From Candidatus Poribacteria bacterium (GTDB lineage: Bacteria; Poribacteria; WGA-4E; WGA-3G), in the NCBI GenBank assembly GCA_964291315.2, contig OZ219753.1, positions 32,001 through 96,000 on the forward strand: DNA of 64,000 nucleotides. The letters are read 5' to 3'. Numbering within the stretch: the first letter of the stretch is position 1; every line of letters starts with the position of its first letter. Shown piece by piece: positions 50,601-58,481 of the stretch. The notes under the pieces are model-generated. The model ran no database searches. It saw only the letters and a program-made list of their open reading frames with translations, and was not told where the DNA came from. A program made the position numbers and the translations under genes.

Positions 50601-53294
50601 ATTGTCTTAAAAGAGAATACCGCCACTTTATCGATTCCGGTGCGATCGAGTTATAATCCTAACGTCTATCTTTCAGCGACCCTCGTTCGTAAGATTCCTG
50701 CAGATGCTGTTCTTGGGAACCGCCAACAACTGCTTCCGGCGCGGGCGTTTGGCGTGATTCCGCTAAAAATTGATGCGACTCAGAAAAGACTCTCGGTGGA
50801 CATGTTTCTTGCCCAAACAGATGAAGCGGGTATTTCTTCAAAGATTCCCCTCTCCGAAGGGGAGGTAAATAGTGGAAATGGAAAAAACAGTGAAGTTATA
50901 GTCCGCCCCAATAGTGATGTGAGTATTGCATTTCAGGTGCGGGGCAGACGTTCGTGGCAAAAATACGAAGTATGTATAGCGGCTGTGGATGAGGGAATTC
51001 TTGCCTTAACCGATTTCCAAACCCCTAATCCACACGACTATTTCTATCGACAACGCGGATTAAAGACGCGTTCGTTTGACCTATATGGTGGAATTTTGCC
51101 TGAAATCGCGGGGGTTATCGATAATTCAAGCCCGGGCGGCGATGTGGATCCCACAGCATCCCGCAAAAAACGACTTAACACCGGCGCTATTAGACGTGTG
51201 AAACCGGTCTCGCTTTGGTCGGGATTTGTGAAAACCGATGGAAACGGACGCGGCGCTGTGCAATTCAAAATTCCGCAATTCAACGGAAAATTGCGATTGA
51301 TGGCTGTTGTTTTTGCTGGTGCAACTTATGGTGCTACGGAAGCCTATTTAACTGTGCGGGAGCCTATTGTGTTGACACCGACATTTCCGCGGTTTCTTGC
51401 AGGTGGAGATACCCTCCGGGTACCTGTTACTATTTTCAATGGGACGGGTGCTCCGGGCGAATTTACCGTCGGTTTGCAAACGACAGGTTCGGTGGAGTTC
51501 CTATCAGCGAGTCTTTCTAGGGATATGGTTGGAGACACTCCATCGGTTGTCGGAGGGCTTTCCGACTTTCGGGTTGTCACTGTTGGTGCGGGTGCAGAGG
51601 CGCAAGTCTTTTTCGACATTTACGTTCAGGATGCGATAGGGGAGGTCAGTTTCAACCTCTCTGCGCGCGGTAATGCTGAGGCGACTGAGATGGATGTGCA
51701 TCTCCCGTTGCGTTCTATTGCGCCTCCTATTACAAGGACTGGACAGGGCGTAGTGCGTGCGGGGGAGCCAGTCGATTTCATTTTTCCTGCGGATTTGATA
51801 CCGGATTCGTCTGAATTTAGTCTCACGCTCTCACCGTTTCCAAATATCACGTTTGCTGATAGTCTGCGGTATCTTATCCGTTATCCGCACGGATGCTTGG
51901 AGCAGACGACAAGCAGGATTTTCCCACTCCTCTATTTCAGTGATCTTGCCCGAAACGTTGAGCCGATGCTTGCCGGAGATGATTTGGTGGATTACTATAT
52001 TATATCGGGTATCACTAAATTAGAAAGTATGCTGACTTGGGAGAATCGCTTTGCGTATTGGCCCGGTGGGACTTACATCAATGCATGGAGCAGTATCTAT
52101 GCTTCCCACTTCCTCGTTGAGGCCAGAAAAGCTGGCTATGAGGTTTCGGATAGGGTTTACGATGCCATGCTGGACGGTTTGCGGGAACAAGCAAAGTTCT
52201 TATCGGAGGTAGGGGAACTGGATAATTCTAAGAAAATGAGGGCGGATATTGCAGTTGCAACCTATGCGTCTTATGTCTTAGCTGCTGCCGGACAGCCAGA
52301 GCGTGCGACAATGAACTACTTGAAAAATAAAGCTTTGAGCGGGTTGAGAGATTATAGTCACTTTCAGCTTGCTGGTGCGTTTGCCCTTAGCGGTGAGCTG
52401 GAAACCGCCCTATCAATGTTGCCAGTGTCGGTATCCCTGAATGTTAGTCTCAAGGAAACGCCACAATGGGATACAGGGGGTACGCTGGATTCTCCGATTC
52501 GCTCACAGGCCATTATGTTGGATATACTTGCTGAAGTCAATGACAACCATCCGTCAATCCCAATGCTTGTTAAGAATCTCAGAGATGCAGCGTCTGAGGG
52601 AAATCGGTGGCGGACGACCCAGGATAACGCTTTCGCTTTCCTGGCACTCGGCAAGATTATGAAGAAACAGATAGACAAGAACTACGTGGGTATCGTCAAA
52701 CTCAATGGAGAACATTTGGCGGACTTCGATGCGACACAGGTACGCTACACGGATAGCGCCTGGGACGGTGCGCGCGTGCAACTCTCTGTTGAGGGTAAGG
52801 GAAACTGCTACTATTACTGGAGTGCCTTCGGTATTCAACGCGGTTCCTTTATTGAGGAGTACCAACGTGAGATACAGGTGCGCCGGCGCTATTTCAACAG
52901 AGAGGGTGAGGAGCTTGCTCGGCAGTTTAGGCATGGGGATTTAATCATTGCGGAGATAAGCGTTAAAGCGCTTACTGCTAATCTGGAAAATGTTGTCGTA
53001 GTAGATATGTTGCCGACGGGTTTTGAAATTGAGAATCCGCGATTGGAGTCGCGAGCAGGTATTTCGTGGTTAAAAACGGAGGACTTCAAACCGGACTACC
53101 TTGATATTCGCGATGACCGCCTGATTTTCTTCGGTACATTTCCCCGGCAGCGCGAACGCAAATTCTATTACGCTCTACGCGCTGTGACACAAGGCGGGTT
53201 TACCTTACCGCCTATCGCTGTTGAGGCAATGTATGATCCGACAAAATCAACTGTAACGGGTAGCACGCGTATTGACGTGGTTGCGGAGCAATGA
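47667..53294 (+). CDS. Bacterial alpha-2-macroglobulin (YfhM/YfaS family)
   Basis: YRPGETV, FQVEEFMP, AAVDEGIL, YPHGCLEQ thioester motif, EAMYDP. Confidence 0.95.
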   Translation: MIAKLSKNFLLRLIGLMAVVLVACIFYIVWDNIGARTRYSIKTFTPQGEVPQWVDFSITFSEAIVDKSRVGTEVPAEAFRFTPAVQGTARWVARDRIGFYLDAPLAPAAKYRLQLTPALSSSETFSLTGQKEFKFATEPFTVEQARLEFTTDGTREQAAGSGTIAFNYPVNIADLKAHLSIELNDGTEIPYQIKTPAATARTVQFETKRIKLGSADQKIKVKIEEGFKCTGGQIGLEKTHITPVILRGIGTLGVTYSDVWESDGAPYISVSFSAPVLSDIVEPHLELTPAVDYKVIADYRNIEIHGNFKRRATYTLKIRRGLTARNDAVLKQDYFTQFKIPDIRPQLRFLGDGFFLARKGELNLGLATINIESVKLDIEKVFANNLIYVSKLERWSRWSRNLGRSIHTEVLDVPSQLNQEVTVPISLEEYLADEHVGIFKVMARNAHTEWATAHQWVLLTDLGISAKRTEDRLYVWVKSLSTSAPVPTARVKLISDNNQTLLSGTTNWAGFAEFTDVDAKTDGFTPFMITVAKRDDLAFIQLDRHEIATADFDIAGPAYLQKGYEAFLYTSRGVYRPGETVQLAGIVRAPKHRIPEPIPTRIEVLSPDGRILRELRQHTTKTGVCEVQIPIPEYAQTGNYIAKMLIADKVVGRAQFQVEEFMPDRMKVTVTTDGSTYRLGDEFGVHVRAINLFGPPAVGRKVQVSCELRAVSFVDSDSASPAYIDPARWRSFTFGNTRPNSAEQFETQRIELAESETDAAGKADYRFTVPATLKAPSLLNGIFTATVSEVGGRAVTASHRVVIHPYSHYVGLRRANNTENAKINQPVRVDYIAVDDAMAVAPGRALQLSLYKVHWNTILRQNTAGRYEYVSEPQMTEVETHALTSAAAAQTVMLTPSDYGEYRVRLVDIESTALAEIGFHVNGWGNASVSMEHPTRLDLTLNKPAYRSGETAKLYVKAPFPGTLLLTVERERVLSYRTIVLKENTATLSIPVRSSYNPNVYLSATLVRKIPADAVLGNRQQLLPARAFGVIPLKIDATQKRLSVDMFLAQTDEAGISSKIPLSEGEVNSGNGKNSEVIVRPNSDVSIAFQVRGRRSWQKYEVCIAAVDEGILALTDFQTPNPHDYFYRQRGLKTRSFDLYGGILPEIAGVIDNSSPGGDVDPTASRKKRLNTGAIRRVKPVSLWSGFVKTDGNGRGAVQFKIPQFNGKLRLMAVVFAGATYGATEAYLTVREPIVLTPTFPRFLAGGDTLRVPVTIFNGTGAPGEFTVGLQTTGSVEFLSASLSRDMVGDTPSVVGGLSDFRVVTVGAGAEAQVFFDIYVQDAIGEVSFNLSARGNAEATEMDVHLPLRSIAPPITRTGQGVVRAGEPVDFIFPADLIPDSSEFSLTLSPFPNITFADSLRYLIRYPHGCLEQTTSRIFPLLYFSDLARNVEPMLAGDDLVDYYIISGITKLESMLTWENRFAYWPGGTYINAWSSIYASHFLVEARKAGYEVSDRVYDAMLDGLREQAKFLSEVGELDNSKKMRADIAVATYASYVLAAAGQPERATMNYLKNKALSGLRDYSHFQLAGAFALSGELETALSMLPVSVSLNVSLKETPQWDTGGTLDSPIRSQAIMLDILAEVNDNHPSIPMLVKNLRDAASEGNRWRTTQDNAFAFLALGKIMKKQIDKNYVGIVKLNGEHLADFDATQVRYTDSAWDGARVQLSVEGKGNCYYYWSAFGIQRGSFIEEYQREIQVRRRYFNREGEELARQFRHGDLIIAEISVKALTANLENVVVVDMLPTGFEIENPRLESRAGISWLKTEDFKPDYLDIRDDRLIFFGTFPRQRERKFYYALRAVTQGGFTLPPIAVEAMYDPTKSTVTGSTRIDVVAEQ

Positions 53295-55804
53295 GAAAAA
53301 ACAGACACCAATCACCGACTGCGAGCGGTAGGCGGTGGTGTGGCTTACCGGTTTTCTGCTATCGGATCTTGATTATTTTGCCGCTCTCTATTGTCGTTTT
53401 TTTTATTGTTGCTAATTGGTGTTTCCCACTTCCGAGAGCGCGTCTTCAGCCGCCATCATCTCCTATCATTTTGGATAGGAACGGTGAGTGGCTCCGCGCC
53501 TTTTTAGCTGCCGATGGTATGTGGCGAATGCCCGAACCGTCCGCTCTCGGCAGCGGTGATCTCCGAAGTTCGCCCTTTTTTTCTTCATACTTACACCACT
53601 CCATACTCACGTCAGAGGATCGTTGGTTTTACTATCACTGTGGCATTAACCCGGTATCTATTGCAACGGCTCTTTATGACAACCTCACGGCAGGCGAGGT
53701 CGTGCGCGGCGGTTCGACAATTACGATGCAGCTTGCACGACTCATGGAACCGAAGGCTCGAAACGTTCCGAACAAGTTGAAGGAAATGTTCCGTGCCGTT
53801 CAGCTTGAGCTCGCCTATTCCAAATCTGAGATTTTAACCTACTACTTTAATATGCTCCCTTACGGTGGAAATATCGTCGGGACGGCGGCAGCATCGCGTT
53901 TTTACTTCAACAAATCGCAGCGTGCGATGAGCCTTGGCGAAGCAGCGCTCCTCGCTGCAATTCCGAATTCTCCGGAACGTCTGCGTCCAGACAGATTCCC
54001 AGAGAGGGCCAGAAAAGCGAGAGATAAGGTCCTAAATCAACTTCTTGCGCGCCGACAGATTTCCGAACAACAGTGGCGCGGAGCATTACAGGAACCTATT
54101 CCGACGAAACGCTATGCGCTGCCCTTCAAGGCCCCCCATCTTGCGCGTATGCTTGTGAACCAAAGAAGACTGCATACAGCCCCGAAAACAGGCAGCAGAA
54201 TATACACGACAATAGACGTGAGAGTTCAGGAGACGGCAGTGAGTATTCTCCGAGAATATCTGCATGCTTCGTTTGCCGATATTGTTAGCCATGGCTTGCC
54301 AAGTACGGGGGCTATTGTTGTTATGGACACGCAGAGTCGTCAAGTTTTGGCAATGGTCGGCTCACACGACTTTTTCGATCGAAAGGCGTTCGGACAGATC
54401 AACGGAACCCTTGCGCCGCGTTCCCCAGGTTCTACCCTGAAACCTTTTGTCTATGCGCTTGCAATAGAGCAAGGCTTGATTACGCCTGGGACCCTATTAT
54501 TCGATGTTCCTGTCACCTATGCTGGATACGAGCCGGTGAACTATGACGGTAAATATAGCGGTTACGTTACGGCGCGTGAAGCATTGGCTCGTTCTCTCAA
54601 TGTGCCTGCTGTTAATCTTAGCGCGCGTCTAAAAAAAGAGACACTCCCCGCTTTTCTCAAACAAGCTGGCGTTTCAACGTTGACATCGGCGAAGAAATAT
54701 GGGCTGTCTATGGTTTTGGGTGGATGTGAAGTGAATTTGCTTGAACTCACCACGCTTTACGCGGGCCTAGCGAATATGGGAACGTTTGCACCTTATCAAT
54801 TGAGGCTCCGCGGGCCTATTAACACGGAAAATATGTTAAGTCTAGGCACTTCAGGTTCGCTAAAGAGAAAACATGCGCCGGAACGTTTACTCCGGGAAGA
54901 GACGAGTTTCATCATAACCGAGATGCTCACAACTTTACAACTTCCTAGGAATACTATTAGAGATCCTGAAGCCTTTGAAAGCGCTATGAATCTCCCCAAA
55001 ATTGCGTGGAAAACTGGAACTTCGTATGGACACCGGGATGCTTGGTGTATCGGATACTCTCCGAAATTAACAATTGGGGTATGGTTAGGTAACTTTGATG
55101 GGAAAGGTTCTTCAATGATGAGTGGTACAGATGCTGCAGCACCTATTTTATTTGCGCTTTTCAACGCTTTGACGCGCAGAGATACCCACCGGTGGTTCAC
55201 AAAGCCAGAAAAATTGGGAACACGACAGGTATGTGCGCTCAGTGGTGCTCCAGTTTCACCGCATTGTTCTAAGCGTAAGAGCGATGTATATATCCCTGGT
55301 GTCTCTCCTATTGCAACCTGTACAATGCACAAGCGCGTCTATATTGATGAGGCGACAGGTTACAGGCTCTGCTCCCATTGTCGGATCCTTCACAAAGCGG
55401 AGTCTCAGAAACGGGGTGAGCCTGTTATCTTTGAAGAGTGGCCTGCGGAGGCCGCGACTTGGTTAAGAAAAAAGGGGTTTGCAGTGCCTGTTTTGCCGGA
55501 GCATAACCCGTTATGCGACAGGGCAATCGCCGGGACCGCTCCGATCATTTTGTCTCCAGCAAAAGAGACTGTGTATTATATTCGCTCTGGTATCCCCTTG
55601 GAAAACCAAAAAATCCGACTTGCCGCCTCTGCCTCTAACCAGACACAGGCGTTATTCTGGTTTCTGGATGGTGAGTTAATTTTCAGTGGAAACGCTGAGC
55701 AGCAATATTGGCTTACACCCGTCAAAGGGCAACATCTGTTAACCTGTGTAGACGCGGAAGGTCGCTCAGCAAACCTCCCGCTCCACATTTCAGTGATACC
55801 GTAG
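53291..55804 (+). CDS. pbpC: Penicillin-binding protein 1C
   Basis: EDRWF, GGSTITMQ, STLK, SLN, KTG; ATGA overlap with A2M. Confidence 0.95.
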   Translation: MRKNRHQSPTASGRRWCGLPVFCYRILIILPLSIVVFFIVANWCFPLPRARLQPPSSPIILDRNGEWLRAFLAADGMWRMPEPSALGSGDLRSSPFFSSYLHHSILTSEDRWFYYHCGINPVSIATALYDNLTAGEVVRGGSTITMQLARLMEPKARNVPNKLKEMFRAVQLELAYSKSEILTYYFNMLPYGGNIVGTAAASRFYFNKSQRAMSLGEAALLAAIPNSPERLRPDRFPERARKARDKVLNQLLARRQISEQQWRGALQEPIPTKRYALPFKAPHLARMLVNQRRLHTAPKTGSRIYTTIDVRVQETAVSILREYLHASFADIVSHGLPSTGAIVVMDTQSRQVLAMVGSHDFFDRKAFGQINGTLAPRSPGSTLKPFVYALAIEQGLITPGTLLFDVPVTYAGYEPVNYDGKYSGYVTAREALARSLNVPAVNLSARLKKETLPAFLKQAGVSTLTSAKKYGLSMVLGGCEVNLLELTTLYAGLANMGTFAPYQLRLRGPINTENMLSLGTSGSLKRKHAPERLLREETSFIITEMLTTLQLPRNTIRDPEAFESAMNLPKIAWKTGTSYGHRDAWCIGYSPKLTIGVWLGNFDGKGSSMMSGTDAAAPILFALFNALTRRDTHRWFTKPEKLGTRQVCALSGAPVSPHCSKRKSDVYIPGVSPIATCTMHKRVYIDEATGYRLCSHCRILHKAESQKRGEPVIFEEWPAEAATWLRKKGFAVPVLPEHNPLCDRAIAGTAPIILSPAKETVYYIRSGIPLENQKIRLAASASNQTQALFWFLDGELIFSGNAEQQYWLTPVKGQHLLTCVDAEGRSANLPLHISVIP

Positions 55805-55861
55805 GGGCCATTTACAAACGGAATAGCTGTTAGCTGACAGCTAGCGCCTGACAAGTGATAC

Positions 55862-56641
55862 CTATCTGTACTCAGATTTGAGTTTACCCCAGGTTGTTGT
55901 CACTTTGTCTTCTGCCTGCACGTTGAGGGTTTTTGCCATCCGAGATTTGACCTCCTCTTCAGTGAATGCTACGCTCCAAATCTTAAATTCATCAACCATC
56001 CCGTTGAAGAAATTAGCGTTGCCTTGGTTTGCTGCGATGCACATACCTGAGGTACCGAAATCCATACGGGCATCCCCGCCGGCTTCTGCTTCGGAATCAA
56101 GCTCTCCATTGATATACATCTTTGCTGTGTTTTTACTTTGTGCCCCTACAAAATAGTACCATTCTGGCTCAAAGGCATCATAATTTGTGAGAGCTTCCAA
56201 CTCTACGCCTTGGGTTGCGAAGTAGAATCCGAATAACACGCCTCCTCGGTTGAAGGTAATGTGAGGTCTCCCGCCGCCTTGGAGTCGATAGAGCAGGTCG
56301 ATACGGTTACCGCCCTCAATTGTATCGTCGGGTTTGAACCAAAATTCTATTGTCATTTCCTTGGGCTGATCTATGTTCATCGGGTCTAGATTAACACTTC
56401 CGTTATTAAAATGGAGTGCGGATCCGACGACTCCTTCTGCCCATTTTGCATTTTTTATATCACCGACGAATCCATTGGGCGATATATCTTCTGCTTCATC
56501 GCCTTGTCCTTCGTCAAAAGGGAGATGAATGAGCAAATCTTTGTCTGGATCGACTGCATGTCCAAACGTAGCGGTCATTAAGAACAGTGAAACTGCGAAA
56601 AAATATAGTAAATGTTTCATCTTTTTATGTTTTTCGGCCAT
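55862..56641 (-). CDS. Secreted LamG/ConA-like lectin-fold protein
   Basis: Signal peptide, LPFDEG, TIEFWFK, YING, FNGMVDE; C-terminal KVTTTWGKLK. Confidence 0.88.
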   Translation of the reverse strand: MAEKHKKMKHLLYFFAVSLFLMTATFGHAVDPDKDLLIHLPFDEGQGDEAEDISPNGFVGDIKNAKWAEGVVGSALHFNNGSVNLDPMNIDQPKEMTIEFWFKPDDTIEGGNRIDLLYRLQGGGRPHITFNRGGVLFGFYFATQGVELEALTNYDAFEPEWYYFVGAQSKNTAKMYINGELDSEAEAGGDARMDFGTSGMCIAANQGNANFFNGMVDEFKIWSVAFTEEEVKSRMAKTLNVQAEDKVTTTWGKLKSEYR

Positions 56642-57379
56642 CAGTTGACTACTGATTGCTTGTACTCCTTAATAAGAATAGTAAGATAGGGGTTAACGAA
56701 TATAGAGCGAACACATTTCCTTGTGCGCGCCCAAGCTGACTTCCCCGTTCCGCAACCACAAAAACAGGCGTGTGCCACAGTTTTCGCCAAGCCTGTGTTG
56801 GGGTCTCAAAGGGGACGTGTTTTGGAATATATTGATTATTGTATGTGAAGTGAGGGGGGGGGCACGACTTGCTAAAAAGCAAGACGAACGAACAGCAGCG
56901 CAGATAGGACGAGCGCTGCACAAGGCAGATATTGCTACAGAACCTTGAAATTCCGAGTAAGGGCTTAAGCGCTAAAGCTTTCGTGCATTTCATGGGTGGA
57001 TACATCAATCCTGATAGGCTTAACAGAACCTATCAATGTTACTTTAGGAAGCATCTTCTTTCATACCTTCTATTTTAATTATACATTACACTCTTAAGTT
57101 GTGTCAAGAGCTTTTTTCACCTATATAGAACCATTCATCGGCAGATCTAATCCACCTGCCCCTTTTCTTTAAGTAATTATACCGTACATCCCATTAAAAT
57201 TGCAAGTTACTTTAAGTGTCTATAAGTGGACATTTTAACCTGATAAACCCGCTGGACGTGTGGTATCATGTCCACACTTGATTAACAGCTATTATTTCAA
57301 GTTTATGTTATCTAATTGCATAACAACAGCGCAGGAAATCGCAATGCCTGAGTCCTGCTTGTGCTGTTTTTCTTTTTCC

Positions 57380-57409
57380 TTGACAGCACCTTCCTTCCTC
57401 GTGTATAAT
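57380..57409 (+). promoter_or_regulatory. sigma70 promoter with no substantial ORF downstream
   Basis: TTGACA-18 bp-TATAAT. Confidence 0.6.
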
Positions 57410-57507
57410 ATATCTGTATCCTAAAAAATATGCCAATATTCTTCGTGGATACATTTGCATATAAATATCTATGAGCATCGCAATCTCATGGATACTCCTT
57501 TTTTTCG

Positions 57508-57551
57508 GCAAGCAAGGCAACTGTGGTCGTCACCGCAGTTGCCTTGCTTGC
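57508..57551. terminator. 20-bp-stem hairpin
   Basis: GCAAGCAAGGCAACTGTGGT-cgtc-ACCGCAGTTGCCTTGCTTGC. Confidence 0.7.
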
Positions 57552-57561
57552 GTTAAATACC

Positions 57562-57822
57562 TTACCATAAGAAAAATAGAATGTCCATAATGGACACTTT
57601 GCTCAAGCCGTGATTTTGCTTACAAGAAAAGTCTGTCTCTGTGTATTTCCCACCCGCGTGATTGCTTGAATTACATGCCGAGCACTTCGGTTGTGTGAAT
57701 TTAGGCACATATAATATCGTGTCAAATTGCGCCGCGATCGGCACATTGGGGATTATCAAGTTCAACTCCGTTGTTGTCTCTATCATCTTTACATTTAAAG
57801 TCCTCACTGCTGACACATTCAT
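57562..57822 (-). CDS. Small hypothetical protein (86 aa, CxxC)
   Basis: RBS GAAGGGGG, ATG start, stop 10 bp before the strong hairpin. Confidence 0.5.
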   Translation of the reverse strand: MNVSAVRTLNVKMIETTTELNLIIPNVPIAAQFDTILYVPKFTQPKCSACNSSNHAGGKYTETDFSCKQNHGLSKVSIMDILFFLW

Positions 57823-57909
57823 AGTGCGCCCCCTTCCAAACTCACTGTGATACGCCCCAGAATATGATAATATGGCTCTGGGATTGTGGACTGGAGCAGT
57901 GCGGAGGTT

Positions 57910-58278
57910 TCAGCCTTTAATTGCAGCGATCATCAGACATGCCCAGCCCCCGATAAATGCCAATCCACCGATGGGTGTAATTGCCCCGAGCCATCGAGCG
58001 CCTGTGAAACACATTATGTAGAGACTTCCAGAAAAGATCAGAATACCAGCAAAGAAACACCAGCCAGATGCAGTCGTGAGATGATTCTGCCACTGTGATG
58101 CTGCCCATGCGGTTGCGATTATTCCGAGACTGTGGTACATCTGGTACCGGACGGCTACCTCGAACGTCTCAAGCATTTCTGGAGAGAGTTTCGATCGGAG
58201 AGCATGTGCGCCAAACGCGCCAAAGACAACTGTAAGTAAGCTCAAGCCTGAACCGAGGGAAAAGAAGAAATTTGACAT
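57910..58278 (-). CDS. DUF423 (YgdD/TMEM256) membrane protein
   Basis: GAFGAH, YQMYH, FSGSLY, GAITPIGG; RBS AAGGAGG. Confidence 0.92.
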   Translation of the reverse strand: MSNFFFSLGSGLSLLTVVFGAFGAHALRSKLSPEMLETFEVAVRYQMYHSLGIIATAWAASQWQNHLTTASGWCFFAGILIFSGSLYIMCFTGARWLGAITPIGGLAFIGGWACLMIAAIKG

Positions 58279-58481
58279 AAATGCCTCCTTTGCGAAATTG
58301 ATCACTACAATCAATTATACCTTAAATCATGACGGTTATGTCATGCTTTTTTGGCGTTGCTATGAGGCGTAGAGAAATATTCCCTTGACATGTTTAATGC
58401 GGTGTGCTACGATATAATTTTAAACGGCATAGCTCGCTCTATTCCGTGTGGTTAATAGTAAAAGGAGAAATTTTAGGACGT

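Noticed and set aside
56649-57008. 119-aa ORF or riboswitch upstream of the LamG gene
   Set aside because: No RBS, domain or recognisable aptamer motif.
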